A DNA stretch of 64,000 nucleotides. Origin: Malacoraja senta. Lineage: Eukaryota. Both the position numbers and the translations under genes were made by a program. The stretch covers positions 8,682,001 to 8,746,000 of the forward strand of contig CM075996.1 of the NCBI GenBank assembly GCA_038087875.1. The letters are read 5' to 3'. Of the stretch, positions 39,966-52,277 are shown piece after piece. Below the pieces are notes generated by a model, which was not told the DNA's origin, ran no database searches, and worked only from the letters and a program-made list of their open reading frames with translations. Every line of letters begins with the position of its first letter. Position 1 is the stretch's first letter.

Positions 39966-40458
39966 CTCCCCGTTGGGTGGCAACCTTGTCGTGGTCGGGG
40001 TGCTTGTGTGTCTCAGTGACCCCTAGAGCTATGCCAGCGGGAGATTCGTCTCCTGTTAGGGTCTCCCATGCTGGACAGGTGGAAGGGTAGAGGCGAGACG
40101 AAGAGCGATCCACTAGTCCTCCAGGTTGGGGGTTGAGCACAGGGCTAACAACCCTGTCTCGTAAAACAAATATGTTACGGAAACAGCAACTGAAGGAATC
40201 AACACGACTTCCAGGGCTCTCGACAGATGCGAGGATGAATGTCAAAGAGAACCAGACAGCATCCCAAGAATAGCCCTGCACTGGACACCGGAAGGGAAAA
40301 GGAAAAGAGGGAGACCCAAAACCACCTACTGTAGAGGAGGAAATGAAAACAATGGACCTGACCTGGGGTAGTGTCCAGAAGCTAGCCCAGAACAGACAGG
40401 AGTGGAGGACCTTCCTTGCTGCCCTACATGCCAGGAGACATAATAGGCAGTAAGTAAG
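39966..40458 (+). mobile_element. Bipartite non-autonomous RTE (5' UTR fused to ORF 3' end)
   Basis: RTE-type 5' UTR joined to IPRIALHWTPEGKRKRGRPKTT; (TAAG)n tail; 12-bp TSD ttggcctccaca. Confidence 0.85.
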
Positions 40459-40857
40459 TTGGCCTCCACAGATTCACCACGTTGATGATCTTCCAGCAAT
40501 AGTTGTGTCGGAGTGCTTCCCCGTGGATCATAGAGTCCTCTGTTACGCAGCTACTCAAGTTGAATCTCATTAAGAGCCATTTCATCCCCGTCCTTAGATT
40601 AGTGGCTTGTCACGTGTAACAAGGTACAGTGAAATGCTTTTGTTGCGTGCTAACCAGTCAGCGGAAAGACAATACATGATTACAATCGAGCCGTCCACAG
40701 TGTACAGATACATGATAAGGGAATAACGTGAATCTGTTGTTGGAGTGGAGGTTTGAAAGAGTGGAGCGATTGTAATGCATGATTGCAGATCCACTTCTGT
40801 GACCATCACACACACACAGTCGCCTGCCTTTGACTGCCATCTTGGATCATCTTCTGT

Positions 40858-41155
40858 TTAGTTCAGTTTAGTGCACTAACAGGCCCTTCGGCCCACCGGG
40901 TCAGCACCACCAGCGATCCCCACACACGAACACTATCTTCCACACACTAGGGACAATTTACACTTACACCAAGTCAATTAACCTATAAACCTGTACGTCT
41001 TTGCAGTGTGGGAGGAAACCTTAGATCTCGGAGTAAACCCGCGCAGGTCACGGGGTGAACGTTAAAAACTCCGTACAGACAGCACCCGTAGTCAGGATCG
41101 AACCCGGGTCTTTGGCTCTGTAAAGCAGCAACTCTACCGCTGCGCCACTGTGTTG
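40858..41155 (-). mobile_element. tRNA-derived SINE (HE1-like)
   Basis: Family match. Confidence 0.85.
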
Positions 41156-41156
41156 C

Positions 41157-42495
41157 GTGTCAACGGGTCCTGCACCCATGCAGAACTCATGGACTTCATT
41201 AACTACTCATTTCCATCCTGCGCTCAAATTCACTTGGACCATCACAGACATCTCCGTACTATTTCTTGATCTAACCATCTTCATCACAGACTATCGACTG
41301 ACAGATGTGTATTACAGTATAAACCTACTGACTCCCACAGCTATCTGGACTACACTTCTTCCCACCCTATCTCCCCAACTCCCAATTCCTCCATCTAGTT
41401 TAGTTATTTGAGGTGTTCCATACCAGGACATTCGAGATGTCCTCATTCTTTAGGGAACAGGAGTTCCCCTCTTCCATCATAGATCTCTCACATAGGTCTC
41501 CTCGATATCCCGCAGCTCCGCTCTTGCTCCCCCTCCCCCTAGTCGCCAGAGGGACAGAGCCCCCCTCATCCTCAGCCATCGCATACAGCACATAATAGTC
41601 CAACATTTTCGCCACCTGCAACGGGATCCCACCACTAGCAACATCTTCCCATCTCCACCTCTTTCCACAGAGACTGTTCCCTCTGCAACTCCCTGGTCAA
41701 CTCGCCCCTTCCCAACCAAACCACCTCCTCCCCAGGTATTTTCCCTATCAACCGCAGGAGATGCAACACCTGTCCCTATACCTCCCCCCTCGACTCCGTC
41801 CAAGGACCCCGACAGTCTTTTCAGGTGAGGTAGAGGTTCACTTGCACCTCCTCCAACCTCATCTACTGTATCCACTGTTCCTGGTGTGGTCTCCTATATA
41901 TCGGCGAGACCAAGTGCAGGCTCGGCGATCGTTTCGCTGAACACCTCCGCTCAGTCCGCCTGGACCCACCTGATCTCCTGGTTGCTAAACACTAACTCCC
42001 CCTCCCATTCCCATACTGACCTTTCTGTCCTGGGCCTCCTCCATTGTCAGAGTGAGGCCCAGCGCAAATTGGAGGAACAGCACCTCATATTTCTCGGGCA
42101 GCTTACACCCCAGCGGTGTGAACATTGACTTCTCTAACTTCAAGTAACCCTTGTTTTCCCTCCCTCTCCGACCCCCCCATCCTAGTTCTCCGACCTGTCT
42201 GACTGACCCTGATTACATTTTTATCTCCGTGTGTTTCGTTGTCACCTTCCCCTAGCTAACAATGATCTATTCTACATTTTCCTTGAACCCCATCCCCTTT
42301 GATATCTCATTTTCAAGCCTTACCCTTCCTTATCTCCGTGTCTCCTTCTCCCCTGAAGTCAGACTGAGGAAGAGTCTCGACCCGAAACGTCACCTATTCC
42401 TCCTCTCCAGAGATGCTCCCTGACCCGCTGAGTTACTCCAGCACTTTGTGTCTACCTTCGGTGTAAAACCAACATCTGCAGTTCCTTCCTGCACA
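41157..42495 (+). mobile_element. Degenerate Penelope-like element with hammerhead-like core (42364-42391)
   Basis: HFHPALKFTWTI...FLDLTI RT motif, YIGET GIY-YIG remnant, CTGAGGAAGAGTCTCGACCCGAAACGTC. Confidence 0.85.
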
Positions 42496-43151
42496 TGATT
42501 ACAGTCGAGCCATCCACAGTGTGCAGATACATGATGAAGGGAGTAATGTGATTCTCCTGTTGGAATAGAGATCTGAAAGAGTGGAGCGATTGTAATGCGT
42601 GATTGTGGATCTATTTCTGCTACCAGCGCACAAAGTCGCCTGGCATGGGCGCCATCTTGGATCATCTTCTCGCAGACACACAGTCCACAGGGAGGCGAAT
42701 GATGGCCTTGTCATCACCGCACCATCTGCGTTGGGACTGAGACTATGATTGTGCAGGAAGACTCTGGCAGGGTGGGTCCTCCCTAAGTCAGTGTTGGTAA
42801 GAGTTCTGGTGGAGAGGCCCTCTGCCACATTACTTTGACTGATCATTCCAAGGATCCACAAACTCCTTCCCCCATAGTAAATACTATCACAATGTTTAAT
42901 AAACATCTGGACACGTTCGTGGATAGGGCAGGTTTAGAGGGAAATGGGCAAACATAGGCAGATAGGACTAGTCTAGATGGGGCATGGGTTGGTTGGCGTG
43001 GGCAAGTTGGGCCAAAGGGCCTGTTTCCACACTGTATCAATCCATGACAGTGTCTCCAGGATGTTCTGTGCTGGGCTGATGGGCTTGTGTTCACAGGAAC
43101 TCTTCCATGCGGGTGGGTCGCCCAGCTAGGTGCAACCAAATGTAACATTGT

Positions 43152-43459
43152 GGCAGCACAGTGGCGCAGCAGTAGAGTTGCTGCCTTACAGCACCGGAGA
43201 CCCGGGTTCGATCCCGACTACGGGTGCTGTCTGAACGGAGTTTGCACGTTCACCCCGTGACTGCGTGGGTTTTCTCCGAGATCTTCGGTTTCCCCCCACA
43301 CTCCAAAGACATACAGGTTTGTAGGTAAATTGGCTTTGGTATAAATGTAAATTGTCCCTAGAGTGTGTAGGATAGCGTTAGTGTGTGGGGATTGCTGGTC
43401 TGTGTGGACTCGGTGGGCCGAAGGGCCTGTTTCCGTGTTGTATCTCTAAGCTAAACTAA
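43152..43459 (+). mobile_element. tRNA-derived SINE (HE1-like), full length
   Basis: ggcagcacagtggcgcagcagtagag...gggttcgatccc head; (CTAAA) tail. Confidence 0.88.
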
Positions 43460-44389
43460 AATTGTGCTGCAACGGGGCCAGGCTCATCCTTCACAACACG
43501 GGGAACAGGCAGAACCACAGCACTGAGACACTTAGTGGACGGAGAGAGGGAGGAGGGCCATCGCAGAGCAAGGGCCACGGAGAACCATGGAGACTCAGCG
43601 GAGGGGCCTCCGAGACGAAGGGGGGTCCTGGCAGGAGGGAGGAGGGGTTCTGCTGCCACGTGCGGCGGCAGGCAGTAGAACAGAACAAGAACTTTGGTGT
43701 AACTTTGTCGCCACCAGAACGTGGCAACACCTGTGTACGGCCCAGGTGAGGACTGCAAGACAGGTGAGGTCTGCTGCATGATCTTACCGGGTTGTCTGCA
43801 AATCTAAGCATTTCACTGTACCTAGGTACATGTGACAATAAAGTGTCATTGAATCATTGTTTGTGCCCTTCAGTTCTACACAGAGTGTAAGGCAGCCTCA
43901 CACAGATGCCCATCATAATGAGGACTATAGATAGACACAAAGTGCTGGAGTAACTCCACAGAACAAGCAGCGTCTCTGGAGAAAAAGGTTGGGATCCTTC
44001 TTCCTGAAACGAAACGACACCCATCCTTTTTCTCCAGAGATGCTGCCTGATCAGAAGTGGTCTCGACCCGAAACGTCACCTATTCCTTTGCACTAGAGAT
44101 GCTGCCTGTCCCGCTGAGTTGCTCCAGCATTTTGCGTCTATCTTCAGCTGGTAAGCCATCGCTTCCACGGGTTTTATACGAGCCCATGCAACAGACGGAG
44201 CCAGTCATCGCCTCCAGGGTCAATGTTCTTCCCGATTGCTTTCCACCAGGGAATTGGGGATTTTTACAACCCGCGCATCTCCTTATGAGGTCCTCAAGCC
44301 GTCTGGGGTCACCACTTTGATGTTGAACCTCCGTCTCCCCCTGCCAGTCTGCGGCCCATCCTGCAGGTGACAGCCAGCCAGCTGGAAGG

Positions 44390-45252
44390 CTCAGTCCGCC
44401 TGGACCTGCCTGATCTCCCGGGTTCCAAACACTTGAACTCCCATTCCCACACTGACCTTTCTGTCCTGGGCCTCCTCCATTGTCAGAGTGAGGCCCAGCG
44501 CAAATTGGAGGGACAGCACCTCATATTTCGCTTGGGTAACTTACAACCCAGCGGTATGATTTCTCTAACTTTAAGTAACCCTTGCATCCCCTCTCTCTGT
44601 CCCTCCCCCACCTTAGTCATCATACTAGCTTCACTCTCGTCCTTTTGAGTTTCATTGACTGTATAAAACTTTATCACCAAGCCCACAACCAACAATGGAC
44701 CATTGTGGGCTCCACCTTTCCTTGATCATCATTACTTTTTGACCATATCTTTCATTCATTTGTTCCATATCTCGCTATATCACCATCTACATCTCGTTTC
44801 CCTTTCCCCTGACTCTCAGTCAGAAGGGTCTCGACCCAAAACATCGCCCCTTCCTTTTCTCCAGAGATGCTGCCTGACCCGCTGAGATACTCCAGCATTT
44901 AGTGTCTATCATCAGCAGGAGGCAGTGTTCAGCAAAAAACAGCGGTGTGATGTCAGTGGATCTGACCACTTGGTCACAGAGAAGGAACTTTAAGAAGGAA
45001 CTGCAGATGCTGGAAAATCGAAGGTGGACAAAAATGCTGGAGAAACTCAGCGGGTGAGGCAATCTATGGAGCGAAGGAAATAGGCAACGTTTCGGGTCGA
45101 AACCCTTCTTCAGACTGATGTGAGGGTGGGGGGAGGGTGGGTGGGCGGGAGGAAGAAAGGAAGAGGTGGAGCCAGAGGGCTGAGGGAGAGCTGAGAAGGG
45201 GAGGAGAAAGTAAGGACTACCTGAAATTAGAGAAGTCAATGTTCATACCGCT
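44390..45252. mobile_element. Two Penelope 3' ends tail-to-tail (+ 44390-44910; - 44990-45252 with intact hammerhead-like core 45086-45113)
   Basis: KLEGQHLIFRLGNLQPSGM and terminal repeats in opposite orientation. Confidence 0.75.
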
Positions 45253-45609
45253 GAGAAGAAGTGTTTGTGGGCCGACTGAACGGTTTGGTCTCAACGCAGC
45301 AAATTGCTGCAAGGCTGCTCTTGCAGAACTGCTGAAGGCAGTGCAGGGCTTGGTATGACATGCTCTACTGCTTCCATTGGGAGTCTGGAGTTAGCTAAAC
45401 TGTTCCAACAAAGTTCCCATCAGTTTGCCAAACTCTCACCTCCCTAACCCCTGGAATTAGAGAACTAATCGGAGGAAATCATGGCAGTAACAGGTTGAAT
45501 TAGAGTTTAATCAGGTGTGGAAATGAGTGTAAAATGAGAAAGATTGCATTCAAGTGACGCAAGACCAAAATGAAAAATAAGGTTTGAAATACAACCACAA
45601 TAATTTACT

Positions 45610-45720
45610 GTTTAAGAAGGAACTGCAGATGCTGGAAAAATCGAAGGTAGACAAAAATGCTGGAGAAACTCAGCGGGTGAGGCCTCACCCGCTGAGTTTC
45701 TCCAGCATTTTTGTCCACCT
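45610..45720. mobile_element. Fold-back Penelope-terminal mini-element lacking the ribozyme core
   Basis: Palindrome centred on gaggcctc; 13-bp TSD acaataatttact at 45597-45609 and 45721-45733. Confidence 0.85.
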
Positions 45721-45782
45721 ACAATAATTTACTAATCGCATTTTTTTTCTTTCATGGAGCATGGCAGGCAGCATATGCAGTA

Positions 45783-46039
45783 CAGTAAGCCCTCATTATA
45801 ACGGGCCATTCGGAGGGAGAATGTGGTCCATTATTAACTCTCGTCCGCTATAACCGAGCAAGGTATTATCATTGTACAAGTAGAAACAATGAAGATGGGT
45901 CTTGACCCGTAACGTCACCGATTCCATCTCTCCAGAGATGTTGCCATCTTTTTGTGTCTATCCTTGGTTTAAACCAGCACCCGCAGTTCCTTCCTACACG
46001 TTCGGTTATAAAGAGGTCCATTAAAACGAGGGCTTAGTG
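45783..46039. mobile_element. Tc1/mariner-Tigger MITE with a nested Penelope-terminal unit
   Basis: TA|CAGTAAGCCCTCATT...AACGAGGGCTTAGTG|TA. Confidence 0.7.
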
Positions 46040-46660
46040 TATTTATTGCACATCTATAATTGCCCTGCAGAGGGTGCTGGTGAGCAGCTTCCTTGATCTT
46101 GCTACTGACCTTCATGTGAGGAAGTGCAGCTTATGAGGTGGGGGGTTCCAGGGTTTAGATCGATGAAGATGAAGAACCAACGATACATTTCCAAACCGGT
46201 CTGGAGAAGACGGCCAAGGCAACTGACACCCATATTTTGGGGCGTGCTGATGGTGAATTGGTGCCATGCATCTTGCAGGCGGTGCTGCAGCCACAGTGGT
46301 GCAGCTGTGGCTGTTTTAAGCAGAGGGTGGCTGGAAGGAGCAAGGTGCGCAGTCACAGGAAGGACCAACCGTTCCGGACTGTGTTGCTAACAGTTTCTTT
46401 CACCCAGAGGATGGTGACTCTGGAACTCTCTGCGAAAGAGGACGATGGGGTTGGGGGTTGGTGTTCAATCACAGAGTACATTTACACCAGGTATTGAAAG
46501 ATTTCGATTTTAAGGGAATAAAGGGATATGGAGTTAGTGCCGGAAAGTAGAGCTGAGGTGGAAGGTCATCTATAAACTTATGGAGTGGGCACGAGGGGGT
46601 GAAAAGCCAATTCCTGCCTCATGTTCTTATATGCTTCCCTATTGTCCCTTATCCACTCAG

Positions 46661-47315
46661 TTTCAATAAGATTCCCTCTCATCCTTCGAGACCAGAGTGT
46701 ACAAGCCCAGCTGCTCCATTCTCTCAGCATATGACAGTCCCGCCATCCCGGGAATTAACCTTGTAAACCTACACTGCACTCCCTCAATAGCAAGAAAGGA
46801 AGGACATTCTTGCTATTGAGGGAGTGCAGCGTAGGTTTACAAGGTTAATTCCCGGGATGGCAGGACTGTCATATGCTGAGAGAATGGAGCGGCTGGGCTT
46901 GTACACTCTGGAGTTTAGAAGGATGAGAGGATATCTTATTGAAACATATAAGATTATTAACGGTTTGAACACACTAGAGGCAGGAAACATGTTCCCGATG
47001 TTGGGGGAGTCCAGAACCAGGGACCACAGTTTAAGAATAAGGGGTAAGCCATTTAGAACGGAGACGAGGAAGCACTTTTTCACACAGAGTTGTGAGTCTG
47101 TGGAATTCTCTGCCTCAGAGGGCGGTGGAGGCCGGTTCTCTGGATACTTTCAAGAGAGAACTAGATAGGGCTCTTAAAGATAGCGGAGTCAGGGGATATG
47201 GGGAGAAGGCAGGAACGGGGTACTGATTGGGGATGGTCAGCCATGATCACATTGAATGGCGGTGCTGGCTCGAAGGGCCGAATGGCCTACTCCTGCATCT
47301 ATTGTCTATTGTCTC
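46661..47315 (+). mobile_element. CR1 3' part preceded by an inverted copy of its own 5' segment
   Basis: 46661-46796 is the reverse complement of 46807-46944. Confidence 0.85.
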
Positions 47316-48471
47316 AGATCACCTCTCCTCCTCCTGTCCATCCTCCATTTCCATAGTCCCCAACGTCTCCAATTCTCCACCACCCTCTCCCTTCCATGCT
47401 CTCGGGACCTTTCTGCTACCTCACTGTCTCCCTTCCCATACTTTTTCCTCTCTCCCTCCACCCTATCTCATTCTCCGCAACCTATCTTGTCTGCCTCTCC
47501 CCTACTTCCTCTCACTGCCTGCCCCTTTTTTTCCTTACACTCCAACCTCCTGTTGATTGCACTTGCTCAAAATGGAGGCCGTGTCTCGTGCCCTGTACGT
47601 GCCCAATCCACATGTTTCCTCCAGAGATGTCCAGCCAGCAACACCCCTTCTTCTGAAAGGTCAAACAGGAAGAGGAAGGCTGTTTTCCTGGTGGGCTTTC
47701 ATAACTGATAGGAGCAGAATTAGGCCATTCGGCCCATCAAGTCTACTCCGCCATTGAATCATGGCTGATCTAACTCTCCCTCCTAACCCCCATGCTTTGA
47801 CATAATGAACGAGCTGGTCTGGCATCTCAGTATCTCCCCCATGGGATTGCTCAGTAGGCTTATTGGCCTCTTATATTGACAAAGGAACGTGTAAAACACG
47901 AACCTCTATTGAATTAGACACAAAATGCTCAAGTAACTCAGCGGATTAGGCAGCATCTCTGGAGAGAAAGAATGGCTGATGTTTCAGGTCGCGACCCTTC
48001 TTTAGACTGATGACTATTGAATTAGTCTGGAGAAGGGTCTTGACCCAAAATGTCACCCATTCCTTCTCTCCAGAGATGCTGCCTGTCGCGCTGAGTTACT
48101 CCAGCATTTTGTGTCTATCCTGTGCAACGAATCAAACATTCTCATACTTTAAAGAAGATGGACACAAAAAGCTGGAATAACTCAGAGGGTTGGCCAGCAT
48201 CTCTGGAGAAAAGGAATAGGTGATGTTTGAAGGGTCTCGACCCGAAACGTCACCCATTCCTTCTCTCCAGGGATGCTGCCTGTCCCGCTGAGTTACTCCA
48301 GCTTTTTGCGTCTATCTTCGATTTAATCCAGCATCTGCAGTTCTTTCCCACACCTCTATTGATTTCTTGGAAGCCATTCTTTCAGGACCTTGTCTGCCTA
48401 GCCTTTGTTCATCTGAGGAAAAGAACATTTGAAGATCAAGAGCTCAAACCTGAAGATCAAGAGCTCAAACT

Positions 48472-50957
48472 CAGCACGTCACCTTTCCCACTCATGACAA
48501 AGGTCACATCCTTGACCTGGTCTGCTCCACAAATCAACCAGTACTCGACCTCCATCCATGCCTCTTCCCCCTCTCTGATCATAAGCTCATACGGTTCACC
48601 ATCCCTTCTCCGACACCTCGCCCCCGCTTCCTCCGAGAAATCACCTTCCGTAATCTAAAATCCATCGACCCTCACCATCTCTCTGACCTGCTCTCCACCA
48701 CTCTCCCCCTGGACTCAACCCACATCTCACCTGATGATCTCACAAACCATCTCAATTCCACCTTGTCTACCTCCCTTAACACTCTGGCTCCCCTCAAAAC
48801 AAGAACCGTAACTTTTAATAAATCTTCACCCTGGTACACACCTGCACTTCGTAAGCTGAAACAGATTGGTCGCCGACTTGAACGACTCATAAATAAATCA
48901 CCTCTCAGTCCACCATGAAGCTTACAAACTCCACCTCACTGCCTACAAAGATGCCCTCAATGCTGCTAAATCTGCATACCTCTCCTCCATATTCACTGAC
49001 CCCTGCCTAAACCACAGAATCCTCTTCTCCACAGTCTGCAACCTCCTCAAGCCTCGAGCCATCACTCTCCCTACCTCTACTCCGGATCTCTGCAACTCAT
49101 TCCTCCACTTTTTTGCTGATAAAATTAGCACCATCTATCAATCCCTATCCCCTGTACCCGACTCCCCAGCATCTACTCCACCACCTACCAAGGCCCCTCC
49201 TTTCAACATCTCCGCTGATCTCCATACCCCTCCCCCTCACTGCTTCCTCTCCCAGTTTGACCCGGTCACCCCTACTGAAATCTCCAAACTCATCAGCTCT
49301 TCCAAACCCACTACCTGCTCCCTTGACCCTCTCCCCACTCCCCTGCTGAAGTCCTGCCTCCCTGCTCTCTGCCCCTACCTCACTAATCTTTTCAACTCCT
49401 CATTGTCCCAAGGAATTGTCCCCTCTGCTCTCAAAACTGCTGCTGTCACACCAATCTTAAAGAAACCTGGTCTCTTTAAGAAACCTTGATCCCTCCTCTC
49501 TCATTAACTACCGCCCCATCTCAAACCTCCCCTTTCTTTCAAAAACCCTGGAGCGCATCGTCGCGTCACAACTTCATTCCCACCTCCTCGCGTATAACCT
49601 ATTCGAACCCCTCCAATCTGGCTTTCGCCCCCTCCATAGCACAGAAACTGCTCTCCTCAAAGTCCTCAATGACCTCCTTACCTCTGCTGACACTGGCTCC
49701 CTCAATATCCTCATCCTCCTCGACCTGAGTGCAGCCTTCGATACCGTCAACCACAACATCCTGCTCACCAGACTTAGGGACCTTGGCATTGAAGGTTCTG
49801 CACTCAGCTGGTTCCGTTCCTACCTTTCCAACCGATCCCACTTCATCTCTCTCCATAACCACACCTCTGCCACAGCCACTGTCACTCAAGGCGTTCCCCA
49901 AGGCTCCGTTCTTGGTCCCCTCCTCTTCATCATCTACATCCTCCCCCTTGGTCATATACTCCGTCACTTCAACCTGGACTTCCACTGCTATGCTGATGAC
50001 ACCCAGATCTATCTCAGCACCAAGTCCCCCCACCACCCCCCTCTCTCCCATATCAACTCCTGCCTATCAGCCATCAAATCTTGGATGCAACTCAACTTCC
50101 TTAAATTAAACAGTAGCAAAACAGAATTTCTCCTCATTGGCTCCAAATCAACACTTACCAAAATTAACAACCCCACTCTCACTATCGACGGCACTACTGT
50201 CTCCCCATCTCCTCAGGCACGCAACCTTGGCGTTATCTTTGACTCAACCCTCTCCCTTGAGCCTCACATCCGCCATGTTGTCAAAACATAATTTTTTCAC
50301 CTCCGCAACATTGCAAAAATCAGACCCTCTCTCACACCCCCCGCTGCTGAAAGACTCATCCATGCCTTCATCTCCTCCCGACTGGACTACTGTAACTCTC
50401 TTCTTTTTGGAATCAATTCCAGCAACATCAACCGACTCCAAATGGTCCAGAGTGCAGCCGCTCGACTCATTACCCACACCAAATCCTGGCACCACATCAC
50501 CCGTTCTCAAAGAACTTCACTGGCTTTCCATTTCCCACCGGATCACCTACAAAATCCTGGTCCTCACCTACAAAGCCCTCAACAACCTGGCCCCCCCTTA
50601 TCTCATTGACCTCTCCCCCTACCAACCCTCACGGTCCCTCAGATCCACAGCAGCTGGTCTCCTCTCCACTCCGAAATCAAACCTCTGCACTTTTGGAGGC
50701 AGAGCCTTCTCCAGGGCAGCTCCCAGGCTCTGGAATTCCCTCCCACAACCGGTCCGAAATTCTGAGTCCCTCACCATCTTCCAGTCCCGCCTCAAGACTC
50801 ATCTCTTCACCTCTGCATACCCTTAGTCCCATGTTCCCCTCCCCTCTGTCTTACTGCTCTATTTTGTTTTGTTTATTCCTGACTCTCAATTGTAAAGCGA
50901 CCTTGAGTCCTGAAAAGCGCTATATAAATAAAATCTATTATTATTATTATTATTATC
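48472..50957 (+). mobile_element. L2-clade LINE, 5'-truncated and frameshifted
   Basis: HVTFPTHDKGHILDLV (endonuclease end), NYRPISNLPFLSK, LLDLSAAFDTVNH, QGVPQGSVLGPLLF, YADDTQIY, SRLDYCNSL; (TAT)n tail. Confidence 0.92.
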
Positions 50958-51878
50958 ATGTACACGGCCCACTGGGCAAACAGTGATCACCGCTCACCTG
51001 TGGACCTCGAACCTCTGGACTCTCTACAGCAGCATAGTTTCTTCCCAGCCGTTATCAGGCAACTGAATCATCCAACCACAACTAGAGAGCAGTCCTAAAC
51101 TACTATCTGCCTCATTGGTGACACTCGGACTATTTTTAATCAGACTTTACTGGCTTTAATTTGTACTAAACATTATTCCCTTATCTTGTGTCTATACACT
51201 GTAAATGGCTCAATTGTAATCAAGTATTGTCTTTCCGCTGACTGGTTAGCACGCAAGAAAAGCTTTTCACTGTACCTCAGTACACGTGACAATAAACTAA
51301 ACTCAAACTGAACTGAAACACAGGAGTCACCGCCAATCTTGCTCCTGCAAGAATTTCCTGGAGATTACTAAAATTAAAAACATGGGATAAGGGGTAGGCA
51401 TAACAATGGATTGGGAATCAATCAACAGTCAAAACATACTATTTTCATTCTGGGAGACCATGACTCCTGGATGCAGGGATTGAAACTGGGCTCTTGCCTA
51501 TCCACAATCTGCATCAATGATTTGGATGAAAAGACCAACAAAAATAATATATCCCGAGACAGACACCAAGTGCGGGCATTAGGCAGCATCTCCCACGTGG
51601 ATTATACTCATGTTTGGTGATAGCGCACAGCTAGGTGGTGGTGAGTGGGTCGGTGGGGAGAGCTTCGAAAGGCTCTGTAGAGACAAAGTGCCGGAGTAAC
51701 TCAGCGGGTCAGGCAGCAACTCTGGAGAAAAAGGATGGATTTCTAAAGCTAAAATTCAGATAACTTGCTTTTCCTGTTCATTTCAGGAGTGGGAGGCTGT
51801 ACTGTAGATTATCCACCTGTAATATGACCTCAGCCTTTCTCTCTACAGACACTGCCTGATATGCTGGGCAGTTCCAAC

Positions 51879-52277
51879 CAAAGATCCTATAGCAAGCGAA
51901 ATAGACCACTCGACGAAAAAGACGTAGTAGGGTCATGGGCAGATTCATGGGGAATTTTCGGCCCCATTTCCGTAACCGGCTTCCGTCTCCGCAAAAAAGA
52001 TCCCATAACGGTGCAAAGATACTAGTGTGGAGACGGAAGCCGGTTACGGAAACATCCTCGTAAAAATCAAAGTTCTTTGGTAAAAATCTTCTCCTCATTT
52101 TCAGAATTATAATTTATTAACACAGACTGTCCCCCCACAACACTGATTACACTGCGAGTCGGGTCGGGTTACTGAAATGGATGGAAAAAAAGGCCACGTT
52201 CCACTCCGTTGCGTACTACACGTCAGCCCATTGCATTTAGCAGAAGTGGTCTATCTTGCTCTGCTGTAGGATCTTTG
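51879..52277. mobile_element. hAT-type MITE
   Basis: TIR CAAAGATCCTA(T/C)AGCA..ATAGACCACT; perfect 8-bp TSD gttccaac. Confidence 0.85.
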
